A DNA stretch of 64,000 nucleotides from an uncultured Alphaproteobacteria bacterium. Its GTDB lineage: Bacteria; Pseudomonadota; Alphaproteobacteria; Sphingomonadales; Sphingomonadaceae. The position numbers were made by a program, and so were the translations under genes. The stretch lies in contig CAVXIF010000011.1 of the NCBI GenBank assembly GCA_963761775.1, positions 405,215 to 469,214 on the forward strand, given 5' to 3'. The notes below the pieces were generated by a model. It worked only from the letters and a program-made list of their open reading frames with translations, was not told where the DNA came from and did not search any database. Below, piece after piece: positions 30,997-40,345 of this stretch; the first letter of the stretch is position 1; each line of letters begins with the position of its first letter.

Positions 30997-32679
30997 TCAG
31001 GCGGTTACGTGGCTAGTTTCGCGTGCAGTTCCGGTCAAGCGCGGCAGGTGCAGCGTCAGCGCGTTGGCGCTGTCGGTCAGGTCGCCCCCGGCCGCGCGTG
31101 CTTCGGCACGAGCCAGGCGCAGCGAGAAGCCCGCCGCGAACATGCCGGCGCGCAGCGGCCCAGCATTGCTGCGCGTAGTCGCGGCGTAGATATCGTCCTG
31201 CGCGGCTAATGCGCGAGGCATGGTGCATTTCAAGCGCACGGTATCGGCCTTCTCCTTCAACCGTAGCCGGATATGTTCTCCCGGTTCGAGCAGCCCGGCT
31301 AACGTCGCCATCAAACGCCAGCACAACGCCTCCGCTTCGTTCCCCGCAAGGGACACCGGTGCGTAGCGGGGTGTCGCCTTGAGCATCATGCCTGCATCGC
31401 GCCCGCCAAGAACCGGCGCGATTTGTTCGACAAGGCGCGCGACGATAGCGCCAAGGTCGCTTTCCCCGCCCGCCAAAACCATCGTGCCGCTTTCCAGCTG
31501 TGCCAGCCGGTCCAGTTCCTCGAACCCCGCCAGCACGCGCGCGCCGTCGCCTGCGATCGCCGCCGCCAGCGCGCGGTATTCGTGTGGGGCGGGGCCGAGT
31601 TGCTGCTGCTGGATCATCTCGGCGAAGCCCTGCATCGCGCCTGCCGGTGTGCGCAGCTCGTGGAGCAATTGTCGTAGCCGATCCGCCTCGCGCGCAGCAG
31701 CCGGGTCGGGACGCGCCGTTGCAGCGGGCGGGCGGCGGAACATTCCGGCATAGCCGCCGAACTGGCCGGTTAGCGGGTCGAAGCGCGGCATGGCGTCGAT
31801 GATCCAGTCGCCCGCAATCATGGCAGCACCGCCCAGCGTGGTGGCGATGTTGCGCAGCGGCTGGCGCTGCGCGATCAGGGTGCGGACGGTTTCGGCCGTG
31901 TCTTCTTTCGCTTCGCTGCCCGGTAGCCGCATCCGGTACACCATTGGCGCAACCGCGCGATCGGCCCATGCGATACGACCCATCGTGTCGGTCGTGAAGC
32001 GGAACAGCGGCAAGGCGGGTGCGGTGTTGGCGGCCTTCTCGCCCAGCGGCAGGCGCGGGGCGTGCGTGCTGTCATGGGCCGCATCATTGGCCGCAAGCGC
32101 AACGCCGGCGGGGCGCTTTTGCTGATAGGTCTGAATCCGCTCGACCAGCGCACCGATTTCGCTTTGCTTGACCGGAGAGGCGGGTGGTGGCGGCGGCGCA
32201 TCGGGTTCCTGCACCGGCCGCCCGCCATCAGGTGCGGGCAGTCCCTGATCCTGTATGCCGAGCTGTTCCAGCGCGTCGCGCACGCGCGGCGGCAGATTGC
32301 GCTGCAACCGCAGGAAGCCGCGCGCGCGCAGGGGCAGGCGCGGGATCAGCGCAAGCCAGTCCTCCTCGCCCAACCGTGCAGAACGCAGCGCCGCGGCCGC
32401 CACTTCGGGCTCGTCTTCGGCCAGGTGATAGGCCAGTTCCGGATTGCGAAACCGCGCCGCCGGTTCGCCGACCATTGCGGCCCGCTCTCCAGCCGGGATC
32501 ATCTCGCCCAGCGCCGCCAGCCGCAGCCACGCCGCCGCCAGCAGGCTGCGGTCCGTCCCGTTTGTGCGGCTGCCGAGCAAATCCAGCAATTGCCGGAATT
32601 GCGTGCGCGCAGCCCGATCGCCTGCCGCGCGATGGCGCAGCACCGTGGCCAGACGGTCATCGAAAAGCATGGGCATCAA
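30997..32679 (-). CDS. Cytoplasmic HisKA-domain sensor kinase-like protein with degenerate ATP-binding domain
   Basis: H-box LLHELRTPAGAMQGFAEMI. The C-terminal region aligns by position with a HATPase fold, but I cannot find N, DxGxG or GxGxG boxes. No TM segment is evident. Confidence 0.6.
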   Translation of the reverse strand: MMPMLFDDRLATVLRHRAAGDRAARTQFRQLLDLLGSRTNGTDRSLLAAAWLRLAALGEMIPAGERAAMVGEPAARFRNPELAYHLAEDEPEVAAAALRSARLGEEDWLALIPRLPLRARGFLRLQRNLPPRVRDALEQLGIQDQGLPAPDGGRPVQEPDAPPPPPASPVKQSEIGALVERIQTYQQKRPAGVALAANDAAHDSTHAPRLPLGEKAANTAPALPLFRFTTDTMGRIAWADRAVAPMVYRMRLPGSEAKEDTAETVRTLIAQRQPLRNIATTLGGAAMIAGDWIIDAMPRFDPLTGQFGGYAGMFRRPPAATARPDPAAAREADRLRQLLHELRTPAGAMQGFAEMIQQQQLGPAPHEYRALAAAIAGDGARVLAGFEELDRLAQLESGTMVLAGGESDLGAIVARLVEQIAPVLGGRDAGMMLKATPRYAPVSLAGNEAEALCWRLMATLAGLLEPGEHIRLRLKEKADTVRLKCTMPRALAAQDDIYAATTRSNAGPLRAGMFAAGFSLRLARAEARAAGGDLTDSANALTLHLPRLTGTARETSHVTA

Positions 32680-32970
32680 AGGGTTTGGGCGGCGGCATAA
32701 AAGGCGGGCGAAACCTGTAGTGGACGGAAGGGTGAAGCGGCGATGGCAGGACTGTCGGGCACGACACCCGCGCGGGCGCCGAACCGGCGGGTCCGTTGCA
32801 TGTGTCTAGCCGTCGCAGCGGCGACATGAACCACCGACTATCCACCGTTGCAAAGCGGGACAGCTGCTGGCACAAACAATAAAATTAGCCTGCCGCGACA
32901 TTTTACGCGGCTTTGTTTCAGCGCGGCGGAATTTACCGGCGCGGCAGATAGCCACGGCGGTCTATTGCCG

Positions 32971-33480
32971 ATGCGGTATACCGGCTGTGTCGGAACACCA
33001 GTTGCAGGGGGTGATATCATTACCAGTCTGGACATTATCGACCGCAAGCTGCTTGCCGAGCTCCAGAGCGAGGGGCGCATTACCAATGTCGAACTGGCGC
33101 AGCGAGTCGGGCTGACCGCGCCGCCATGCCTGCGCCGGGTCCGCGCGCTGGAGGAAAGCGGCGTCATCCATGGCTATCACGCCGATCTGGACGCGGCCGA
33201 GCTGGGCTTCGGCATAACCGTTTTCGCGATGGTCAGTCTGAAAAGCCAGGCCGAAGATGCTCTGCGCGAGTTCGAGGATCACATGAACGCATTGCCCGAA
33301 GTGCGCGAAGTCCACATGCTGAATGGCGAGATCGATTTCATTCTGAAAATCGTCAGCCGGGACTTGCAGAGCTTCCAGGAATTCCTGACCGGCAAGCTGA
33401 CGCCCGCGCCCAATGTCGAAAGCGTCAAGACCAGCCTGACGATCCGCACCAGCAAGCACGAGCCGGGCGTTCCGATCTAA
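32971..33480 (+). CDS. lrp: Lrp/AsnC family transcriptional regulator
   Basis: LDIIDRKLLAELQSEGRITNVELAQRVGLTAPPCLRRVRALEESGVI plus a RAM-domain C-terminus. ATG 32971 is the first canonical start. The family-typical N-terminus would begin at the in-frame ATT 33019, 8 nt after AGGGGG. Confidence 0.8.
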   Translation: MRYTGCVGTPVAGGDIITSLDIIDRKLLAELQSEGRITNVELAQRVGLTAPPCLRRVRALEESGVIHGYHADLDAAELGFGITVFAMVSLKSQAEDALREFEDHMNALPEVREVHMLNGEIDFILKIVSRDLQSFQEFLTGKLTPAPNVESVKTSLTIRTSKHEPGVPI

Positions 33481-33606
33481 GCCGCGACATCGTGCCGGAT
33501 ACGCTGCTGTGCGAATGGTTCCGATAACCTAGTTTTTGCTACGCGTTTCGGAACGGATTGCCGCCCCACACGCTCCTTTGACAACATCAATCAAAGGAAC
33601 GAACCC

Positions 33607-34119
33607 ATGACAACGCATGCACTTTTCGACCATCGCACCGAAGCCACCAAGGCCGTTGCCGATCTTCGCGCACTGGGTGTGAAGGACGATAACATCTCCA
33701 TCCTCGCCCATCATGGCGACGAGGTGAAGGAAGTCGACGCGGACGGCAACGTCACGGACGAAGACAACGGTAGCCTGGCACGCGGCATACTCGGCGGCGG
33801 TGCATTGGGTGCCGGTTTGGGCGTCGCAGCGCTCGCCATTCCCGGGATCGGTCCCTTCGCAGCAATCGGCGCAATCGCAGCGGCAGCAACACCCGCCGCG
33901 ATGGCAACCGGTGCCGCCGCTGGTGCCGCGCTTGGTTCGATCAAGGAAATTCTGCAGGGCAGCGATTACGACGACGCCGATGCGGAATATTACGACCAGC
34001 ATCTGCGCAATGGCCGCGTGCTGGTCGCGGTGGACGATGCAGCGGAGCTGAATGAAGCCGATATCAGCCGCGTGCTATACGCAGCAGGCGGCCACAACGC
34101 GGCCCGTGCGCGCACGTAA
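33607..34119 (+). CDS. General stress protein 17M (YflT)-like protein with Gly/Ala-rich membrane segment
   Basis: N-terminal ALFDHRTEATKAVADLRALGVKDDNISILA, central GGGALGAGLGVAALAIPGIGPFAAIGAIAAAA and C-terminal YYDQHLRNGRVLVAV. SD AAAGGAAC is present. Confidence 0.5.
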   Translation: MTTHALFDHRTEATKAVADLRALGVKDDNISILAHHGDEVKEVDADGNVTDEDNGSLARGILGGGALGAGLGVAALAIPGIGPFAAIGAIAAAATPAAMATGAAAGAALGSIKEILQGSDYDDADAEYYDQHLRNGRVLVAVDDAAELNEADISRVLYAAGGHNAARART

Positions 34120-34143
34120 GCTTCGGTTAGTGTAAGAAAATCA

Positions 34144-34176
34144 GGGCGGCGTGTCATCGACACGCCGCCCTTTTTA
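34144..34176. terminator. Bidirectional rho-independent terminator between convergent genes
   Basis: Perfect 12-bp stem GGGCGGCGTGTC-atc-GACACGCCGCCC, followed by TTTTT on the + strand and a T-rich run on the - strand. Confidence 0.75.
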
Positions 34177-34179
34177 TTA

Positions 34180-35537
34180 CTACCCGTCCTGGCGCGTGGC
34201 GAGCCAGTCTTCCAGCCACTTGATTGAATAGTCTCCTGACTGCACATCGGGCTGCTGTACCAGCGCCTGGTGCAACGGGATCGACGTTTCGACGCCTTCC
34301 ACCACCATCTCTTCCAACGCCCGCCTTAGCCGCATCAGGCACTTTTCGCGCGTGCGACCGAACACGATCAGTTTCGCGATCATGCTGTCGTAATAAGGCG
34401 GGATGGAATAACCCGCATAGAGGCCGCTATCGACGCGCACATGCATTCCGCCCGCCGCGTGATAATGGGTCACGGTGCCGGGAGAGGGTGCGAAGGTGAA
34501 GGGGTGTTCGGCATTGATACGGCATTCAATGGCGTGGCCATGCAGCGCGATCTCGTCCTGCGTGAACGATAATGGCTTGCCACTAGCTATGCGAATCTGT
34601 TCGCGAACCAGATCGACGCCTGTCACCATTTCCGTCACCGGATGCTCGACCTGGAGCCGGGTGTTCATCTCGATGAAGTAGAACTCGCCGTCTTCCCACA
34701 GGAACTCGATGGTGCCCGCACCGCGATAGCCCATGTCGGCCATCGCGCTGGCGCAGATGTCGCCCATGCGCGCGCGTTCGGCATCGGAGAGAACGGGGGA
34801 GGGCGCTTCTTCCAGCACCTTCTGGTGGCGGCGTTGCAACGAGCAATCGCGCTCGCCCAGATGGATCGCATTACCCTTGCCGTCACCGAACACCTGAAAC
34901 TCGATATGGCGCGGATTGCCGAGGTATTTTTCCAGATAAACGGTGGCATCGCCAAAAGCGGATTTCGCTTCGTTGCCCGCCGCCTGCATCAGCGAGGCAA
35001 GCGTTTCCGGCCCTTCGCATACCTTCATCCCGCGCCCGCCGCCGCCCGATGCGGCCTTGATAATGACCGGATAGCCGATTTCTTCCGCAATCCGCGCGGC
35101 TTCCTCGGGTCGGAAACCGCCCCGTCGCTGCCCGGCACCAGCGGCAGGCCAAGGGCGCCCGCCGTGCGCTTCGCCATCACCTTGTCGCCCATCGTGCGGA
35201 TGTGTTCGGGTTTCGGCCCGATCCACACGATATCATGCGCTTCCACGATTTCTGCGAACTTCTCGTTCTCCGACAGGAAACCGTAGCCCGGATGGATCGC
35301 GTCGCATTGCGCGATTTCGGCGGCCGAGATGATGGCCGCGGTGTTGAGATAGCTTTCGCTGGCGGGTGGCGGGCCGATACAGATGGCATGGTCGGCCAGC
35401 CGGACGTGCATGGCATCGGCATCGGCGGTGGAGTGCACGGCGACCGTCTCGATACCCATTTCGTGCGCGGCGCGATGGATGCGCAGCGCGATTTCGCTGC
35501 GGTTGGCGATCAGTATGCGGGTGATGGGCTTCGTCAT
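34180..35537 (-). pseudogene. accC: Acetyl-CoA carboxylase biotin carboxylase subunit AccC, one frame break (~35105)
   Basis: [20 protein letters not shown]...[10 protein letters not shown] (ORF 35025-35537), then [17 protein letters not shown]...EMNTRLQVEHPVTE (ORF 34180-35226). The junction ccgaggaa looks like ccgGaggaa minus one G. Confidence 0.9.
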
Positions 35538-35541
35538 GAGC

Positions 35542-36069
35542 TCAGCCGATGACGATCAGCGGCTGGCCGAATTCGATGGGCTGCGCGTTTTCCACCAGCA
35601 TCGCCTTGATCGTGCCGGAGCGGTCGGCGGTGATCGGGTTCATCACCTTCATCGCCTCGACGATCAGCACGGTGTCGCCTTCCTTCACCTGGTCGCCGAT
35701 CTTGACGAAGTCCGGCGCTTCCGGCTCCGGTGCAAGGTACACGGTGCCGACCATCGGCGAGGTGAGCGCGTCCTTCGTGTCCGGCTCCTCGGCCGCGGTC
35801 GCAACCGGTGCTGCCGTCGTAACAGGAGGCGCCGCTGGTGGAGCGGCAGGCGGCGCGGCGACGCTGGCGACGGCGGTTGCGCCGCGCGAGACGCGCACCT
35901 TACGGTCGCCGTCTTCCACCGCGATTTCGGTGAGGCCCGTTTCGTCGAGCATCTCGGCCAGCTCGCGGATCAGTGCAGTGTCGACATTCATGCCGCCGGT
36001 TGTGTTGGCCGCCGCCTGTCCTGCGCGTGCAGCCCCGCCTTTACCGGTTGCGTTCTTGTCGGTCGCCAT
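35542..36069 (-). CDS. accB: Acetyl-CoA carboxylase biotin carboxyl carrier protein AccB
   Basis: Ala/Pro-rich linker and biotinylation motif [11 protein letters not shown]. Confidence 0.9.
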   Translation of the reverse strand: MATDKNATGKGGAARAGQAAANTTGGMNVDTALIRELAEMLDETGLTEIAVEDGDRKVRVSRGATAVASVAAPPAAPPAAPPVTTAAPVATAAEEPDTKDALTSPMVGTVYLAPEPEAPDFVKIGDQVKEGDTVLIVEAMKVMNPITADRSGTIKAMLVENAQPIEFGQPLIVIG

Positions 36070-36175
36070 GTGTCTCGCTCGTTCGGTTGCAGGAATGTGA
36101 CGTTGCCTATCCGTTTGCCAGCGATGCTGGCAAGCGTTGCGCGCATTCTTCTGGGCTAAAGCGCTGGCTTGTTCG

Positions 36176-36610
36176 CTACAGCGCTGCCGCCGCGTCTAGC
36201 GCGATGCGGTAGCTGTGCGCCCCGTGCCCCTGCACCGTCTGCACCGCCGCCATGCCAACATAGGAGGTGTGGCGGAACGGTTCGCGCGTGGACGGGTCCG
36301 ACAGATGCACTTCGATCACCGGCACCGCGATGGCACGAATCGCATCGAGCAGCGCGATGGAGGTGTGCGTGTATGCGCCTGCATTCAGCAGCACCGCCTT
36401 CGCGCCGGTATCCTGCGCCTCGTGCAGCCAGTCGACCAGCTGCCCTTCATGGTTCGATTGCCGCATGTCGATGGCAAGGCCCAGCACCTCGCCCCGCTCC
36501 ACCAGCATCGCGCCGATATCGGCCAGCGTCTCCGACCCGTATATCGCCGGCTCCCGCGTGCCGAGCAGGTTGAGATTGGGGCCGTTGAGGACGAAGACGG
36601 TTCCGGTCAT
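36176..36610 (-). CDS. aroQ: Type II 3-dehydroquinate dehydratase
   Basis: [46 protein letters not shown] and EVHLS...REPFRH.S. Confidence 0.9.
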   Translation of the reverse strand: MTGTVFVLNGPNLNLLGTREPAIYGSETLADIGAMLVERGEVLGLAIDMRQSNHEGQLVDWLHEAQDTGAKAVLLNAGAYTHTSIALLDAIRAIAVPVIEVHLSDPSTREPFRHTSYVGMAAVQTVQGHGAHSYRIALDAAAAL

Positions 36611-36664
36611 GCTTTGCCGTCATACCGAGATGATCGGCGAATGCATTATTAAACGGTGCGGTAT

Positions 36665-37078
36665 TTACCCCTCCACACCCTTCACCTTGCCCCACTGGCG
36701 CGCAGCGGTGTAGCCGAGATAGCCTGTACCGAAGAGCGCATAGAGCGGTTCGGGCAGGCCGCCGAGATAGGAGTTCATGCCGCGTGCGATGTCCTGCGCG
36801 GTCTGGGGGTTGAACGCGGCCAGCACGCCCATCGGGATGGCGAACAGCAGCAGCGTATACATGACGTACAGGAAGCTGGGGCGTGCGCGGCTGGTCCACG
36901 GATCGCGGGACTGCGCCTCGGCGACGATAGCGGCCAGACGCGCCTCGATAGCCTGCAATTCCTGGCTGCCCTGCAACTGGATCAGCTCCAGCTTGGCCTG
37001 CGCACGCGCCGCCTTGTCGGGAATGATCTTGTCGATGATCGAGGCGATGGGGCCGATAAGCGAATCGAGAAGGGCCAT
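36665..37078 (-). CDS. Holin of the 3-TM gene-transfer-agent type (GTA_holin_3TM / DUF3154-like)
   Basis: MALLDSLIGPIASIIDKIIPDKAARAQAKLELIQLQ...AEAQSRDPWTSRARPSFLYVMYTLLLFAIPMG matches my memory of this Pfam family. A strong SD AGGAG lies 7 nt upstream of ATG 37078. Confidence 0.6.
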   Translation of the reverse strand: MALLDSLIGPIASIIDKIIPDKAARAQAKLELIQLQGSQELQAIEARLAAIVAEAQSRDPWTSRARPSFLYVMYTLLLFAIPMGVLAAFNPQTAQDIARGMNSYLGGLPEPLYALFGTGYLGYTAARQWGKVKGVEG

Positions 37079-37168
37079 GCGGGTGCTCCTGCTAAAAAAG
37101 GAAGCACGCTCACTAACCATGCAGGTTCGTGTAGGAAAACGAAATAATGCGATGTGGTGAAATGCCAC

Positions 37169-37245
37169 TGGTCGGGACGATAGGATTCGAACCTACGACC
37201 CCCACACCCCCAGTGTGATGCGCTACCAGACTGCGCTACGTCCCG
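37169..37245 (-). tRNA. tRNA-Pro (anticodon GGG)
   Basis: CGGGACGTAGCGCAGTCTGGTAGCGCATCACACTGGGGGTGTGGGGGTCGTAGGTTCGAATCCTATCGTCCCGACCA. The anticodon loop is CTGGGGG and CCA is encoded. Confidence 0.9.
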
Positions 37246-37411
37246 ATCAGTGGCTGGACGCGCCTATAGGTTGCCCGCCTGACGGTGACAACCCGAAGCT
37301 GCCGGACGATATGGCGAATTGCAGGCGCCCTGCATCGGTGCTAGGCGCGCGCTCCTAATCACGGGTAGGGCGTTGCCCCACCGCGCTTTGCCACAGGATT
37401 TACTGCTACCC

Positions 37412-37738
37412 ATGCTCGACATGCTTGCCGCCGCCGCCGGTTCGGGTGCGTCCGAACAGCCGTTCTGGCTGATGATTGTGCCGTGGATCGGCATTTTCGC
37501 GATTTTCTGGTTCCTGCTGATCCGTCCGCAAATGCGCCAGCAGAAGCAGCACCGCGAAAAAATCGCCAGCATCAAGAAAGGCGACAAGGTCGTCACCGCT
37601 GGCGGGCTGGTGGGCAAGGTCATGAAGGTGGATGATGAATTTGCCGATATCGAAATCGCCAATGGCGTACGCGTGAAGGCGGTCAAGGGCACCATCGGCG
37701 ACATCATCCCGCCCGGCGGCACTGCGGCAAACGACTAG
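37412..37738 (+). CDS. yajC: Preprotein translocase subunit YajC
   Basis: IFAIFWFLLIRPQMRQQKQHREKI.SIKKGDKVVTAGGL.GKV; located upstream of secD-secF. Confidence 0.88.
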   Translation: MLDMLAAAAGSGASEQPFWLMIVPWIGIFAIFWFLLIRPQMRQQKQHREKIASIKKGDKVVTAGGLVGKVMKVDDEFADIEIANGVRVKAVKGTIGDIIPPGGTAAND

Positions 37739-37749
37739 GCGCGCGCGCG

Positions 37750-39357
37750 ATGCTGGACTTTCCGACCTGGAAAAAGGTGTGGCTGTGGGGCCTCACGCTG
37801 GCCGTGGCGGTTGCTGCGTTGCCCAGCCTTTTCAGCGCGCTCGACCTGCGTTGGCCCGATGCGCTGCCCGACCCCACTGTCAATCTCGGCCTCGATCTTG
37901 CCGGGGGCAGCCACGTGCTGCTGGAAGCCGATGCGAGCGAAGTGCGCGCGCAACGGCTGGAGAATTTCGAGGACCAGGTCGACAACGCCTTCCGCAATGC
38001 CGAGCCGCGCATTCGCACCGGTGACGTGTCGACCCGCGATGGACGGCTCAGCTTCATGGTCGAAAGCGCCGCCGATGTGGACCGGGCGCGCGAAGAAATC
38101 CTGCCGCTGATGAACGGCACCGGGATGGTGCGCGAATGGAACCTGCAGGTCGTAGACGAGACGCGCTTCATCCTGTCGCAAACCGAGGACGGCACCGAAA
38201 ACGCCCTCAACAACGCCATGGATTCGGCCACCGACATCATCCGCGACCGCATCAACAGCCTCGGCACGCGCGAGCCGACGATTATCCGTCAGGGCGACAC
38301 GCGCATCGTGGTCCAGGTGCCGGGGCTGGACGATCCCGCGCAGCTGAAGGCGCAGCTGGAAAAGCAGGCCGTGCTCGAATTCAAGCTGGTCGACCCCGAG
38401 TTCCAGAACGCCATTCCATTGGAAGCCAGCCGTGAAGTCACCAAGATTGGCACCCAGATTATTCCGTATGCCGAGGGTACTGGCCAAGAGGGCGCGGGCA
38501 TGGTCGTGCGCCGGCTTGGCGGCATCCAGGGCGACTCGCTGGTGGACGCGCAACCGGGCAACGACTTCGAGACCAACGCCCCTGTCGTGAACATCACGTT
38601 CGACGCGGCGGGCGGGCGGCGCTTCGCCACGCTGAGTTCGGAAAACATCGGACAACGCTTCGCCATCATTCTTGACGGCGAGGTGATTTCCGCGCCCGTG
38701 TTCCAGTCCGCCATTCTTGCCGGACAAGCACAGATTTCGGGCAATTTCACGACGCAATCCGCTATCGACCTCGCCATATCGCTCCAGTCGGGCGCATTGC
38801 CGGTGAAGACCACCATCGTCGAGGAACGCACCGTCGGGCCGGACCTCGGCGCGGACTCGATCCGCAAGGGCATGATCGCCATAATGATCGGCATTGCCGC
38901 CGTCATCGCGCTGATGGTCGCGGTGTACGGCCGGTTCGGCGTCTACGCGACCTATGCGCTGGTCCTCAACATCGCCATGCTGCTGGGCATCATGGCCATC
39001 GCCAACACCACGCTGACGCTGCCCGGTATCGCCGGGTTCGTCATCACCATCGGTGCCGCCGTGGATGCCAACGTCCTCATCAACGAACGCATTTCCGAAG
39101 AGCGCAAGCGCGGTCGCCGGGTCGTGGCGGCGGTGGAGAACGGGTACAAGGAGGCGAGCCGCGCCATCTATGACGCGAACATCACCAACTTCATCGCGGG
39201 CGTGCTGCTGTTCATGTTCGGCTCCGGCCCGGTGCGCGGTTTTGCCGTGGTGCTGATCGTGGGCCTGTTCACCAGCGTTTTCACCGCTGTATTCCTGACC
39301 CGCATGTGGGTCGCGGGCTGGTTGAAGCGCAAACGCCCGACCGAACTGTCGATCTAG
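37750..39357 (+). CDS. secD: Protein translocase subunit SecD
   Basis: N-terminal TM, large periplasmic domain (LGLDLAGGSHVLLEAD; LEFKLVD) and a C-terminal 5-TM bundle (GPDLGADSIRKG...GIAGFVITIGAAVDANVLI.ERI.EE). Confidence 0.92.
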   Translation: MLDFPTWKKVWLWGLTLAVAVAALPSLFSALDLRWPDALPDPTVNLGLDLAGGSHVLLEADASEVRAQRLENFEDQVDNAFRNAEPRIRTGDVSTRDGRLSFMVESAADVDRAREEILPLMNGTGMVREWNLQVVDETRFILSQTEDGTENALNNAMDSATDIIRDRINSLGTREPTIIRQGDTRIVVQVPGLDDPAQLKAQLEKQAVLEFKLVDPEFQNAIPLEASREVTKIGTQIIPYAEGTGQEGAGMVVRRLGGIQGDSLVDAQPGNDFETNAPVVNITFDAAGGRRFATLSSENIGQRFAIILDGEVISAPVFQSAILAGQAQISGNFTTQSAIDLAISLQSGALPVKTTIVEERTVGPDLGADSIRKGMIAIMIGIAAVIALMVAVYGRFGVYATYALVLNIAMLLGIMAIANTTLTLPGIAGFVITIGAAVDANVLINERISEERKRGRRVVAAVENGYKEASRAIYDANITNFIAGVLLFMFGSGPVRGFAVVLIVGLFTSVFTAVFLTRMWVAGWLKRKRPTELSI

Positions 39358-39367
39358 GGGATAGCCG

Positions 39368-40345
39368 ATGCGCCTTCTCAAACTCGTCCCCGACAACACC
39401 AATATCCGCTTCCTGAAGCTGCGGGTGCCGTTCTACGTCGTCAGTATCGCGCTCATTATCGCAAGCTGGGCGATGGTGGCGGTCAACGGCCTCAATCTGG
39501 GCGTGGATTTCGCAGGCGGGCTGGAAGTGCGCGCGACTTTCGAGGAAAGCGAAACCGCACCGGTGGCGGAACTGCGCGAGCAGGTCGCCGCGCTCGGCTA
39601 TGGCACACCGGTGGTGCAGACATTCGGCGCGGACAACCAGGTGTCGATCCGCGTCCGCCTGCCCGCCGAAGCGGAAGGCGACAACGCCGCCGCACAGCGC
39701 ATCGCCAATGAAATCGTCGGCGAAATCCGCAGCAACCACGCCGATTTCCGGCTGGACGGGAACGACAACGTATCGGGCAAGGTGTCCGGCGAATTCCAGA
39801 ATACCGCGCTGCTCGCTCTCGGCCTCGCGATGGTTGCAATTTCGCTCTACATCTGGATCCGGTTCGAATGGCAGTTCGGCGTGGGCGCGCTGTTCGCGCT
39901 GTTCCACGATGTGTCGCTGACTTTGGGCATGTTCGCGCTGTTCCAGCTGGAATTCAGCTTGCAAATCATCGCCGCCATCCTCGCCATCATCGGCTATTCG
40001 CTCAACGACACCATCGTGGTGTATGACCGCATCCGCGAGAACCTGAAGAAGTTCCGCAAGATGCCGCTGCCCGAATTGCTCGACCTGTCGGTGAACGAGA
40101 CGCTGGCGCGCACCGTGATGACATCGCTGACGCTGTTCGTGGCGCTGTTCCCGCTGCTGGCGTTCGGGCCGGAAAGCCTGTTCGGCCTGACCGCCGCGAT
40201 CACGCTGGGCCTGTTCGTCGGCACATACAGCTCGGTCTATATGGCCGCGCCGATCCTGATCTGGCTGGGTGTCAAATCGGACAGCTTCGTGCCGCAGGAA
40301 AGCGCCGTCGACCGTCAGGAACGCGCCGCGCGCGGCGAAATCTAG
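39368..40345 (+). CDS. secF: Protein translocase subunit SecF
   Basis: GLNLGVDFAGG, FEWQFGVGALFALFHDV and GYSLNDTIVVYDRIREN. Confidence 0.92.
   Translation: MRLLKLVPDNTNIRFLKLRVPFYVVSIALIIASWAMVAVNGLNLGVDFAGGLEVRATFEESETAPVAELREQVAALGYGTPVVQTFGADNQVSIRVRLPAEAEGDNAAAQRIANEIVGEIRSNHADFRLDGNDNVSGKVSGEFQNTALLALGLAMVAISLYIWIRFEWQFGVGALFALFHDVSLTLGMFALFQLEFSLQIIAAILAIIGYSLNDTIVVYDRIRENLKKFRKMPLPELLDLSVNETLARTVMTSLTLFVALFPLLAFGPESLFGLTAAITLGLFVGTYSSVYMAAPILIWLGVKSDSFVPQESAVDRQERAARGEI

Noticed and set aside
36115-36133. Perfect hairpin TTGCCAGC-gat-GCTGGCAA between aroQ and accB as a possible attenuator.
   Set aside because: It is a short stem without a T-tract, inside a conserved aroQ-accB-accC operon. 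It is plausible as an RNA processing or stability element, but the sequence alone cannot distinguish that from chance.
37079-37168. CtrA boxes (TTAA-N7-TTAA) upstream of the GTA-type holin and in the 42150-42250 divergent region.
   Set aside because: I found no full-site match in either region by eye, so no regulatory claim is made.
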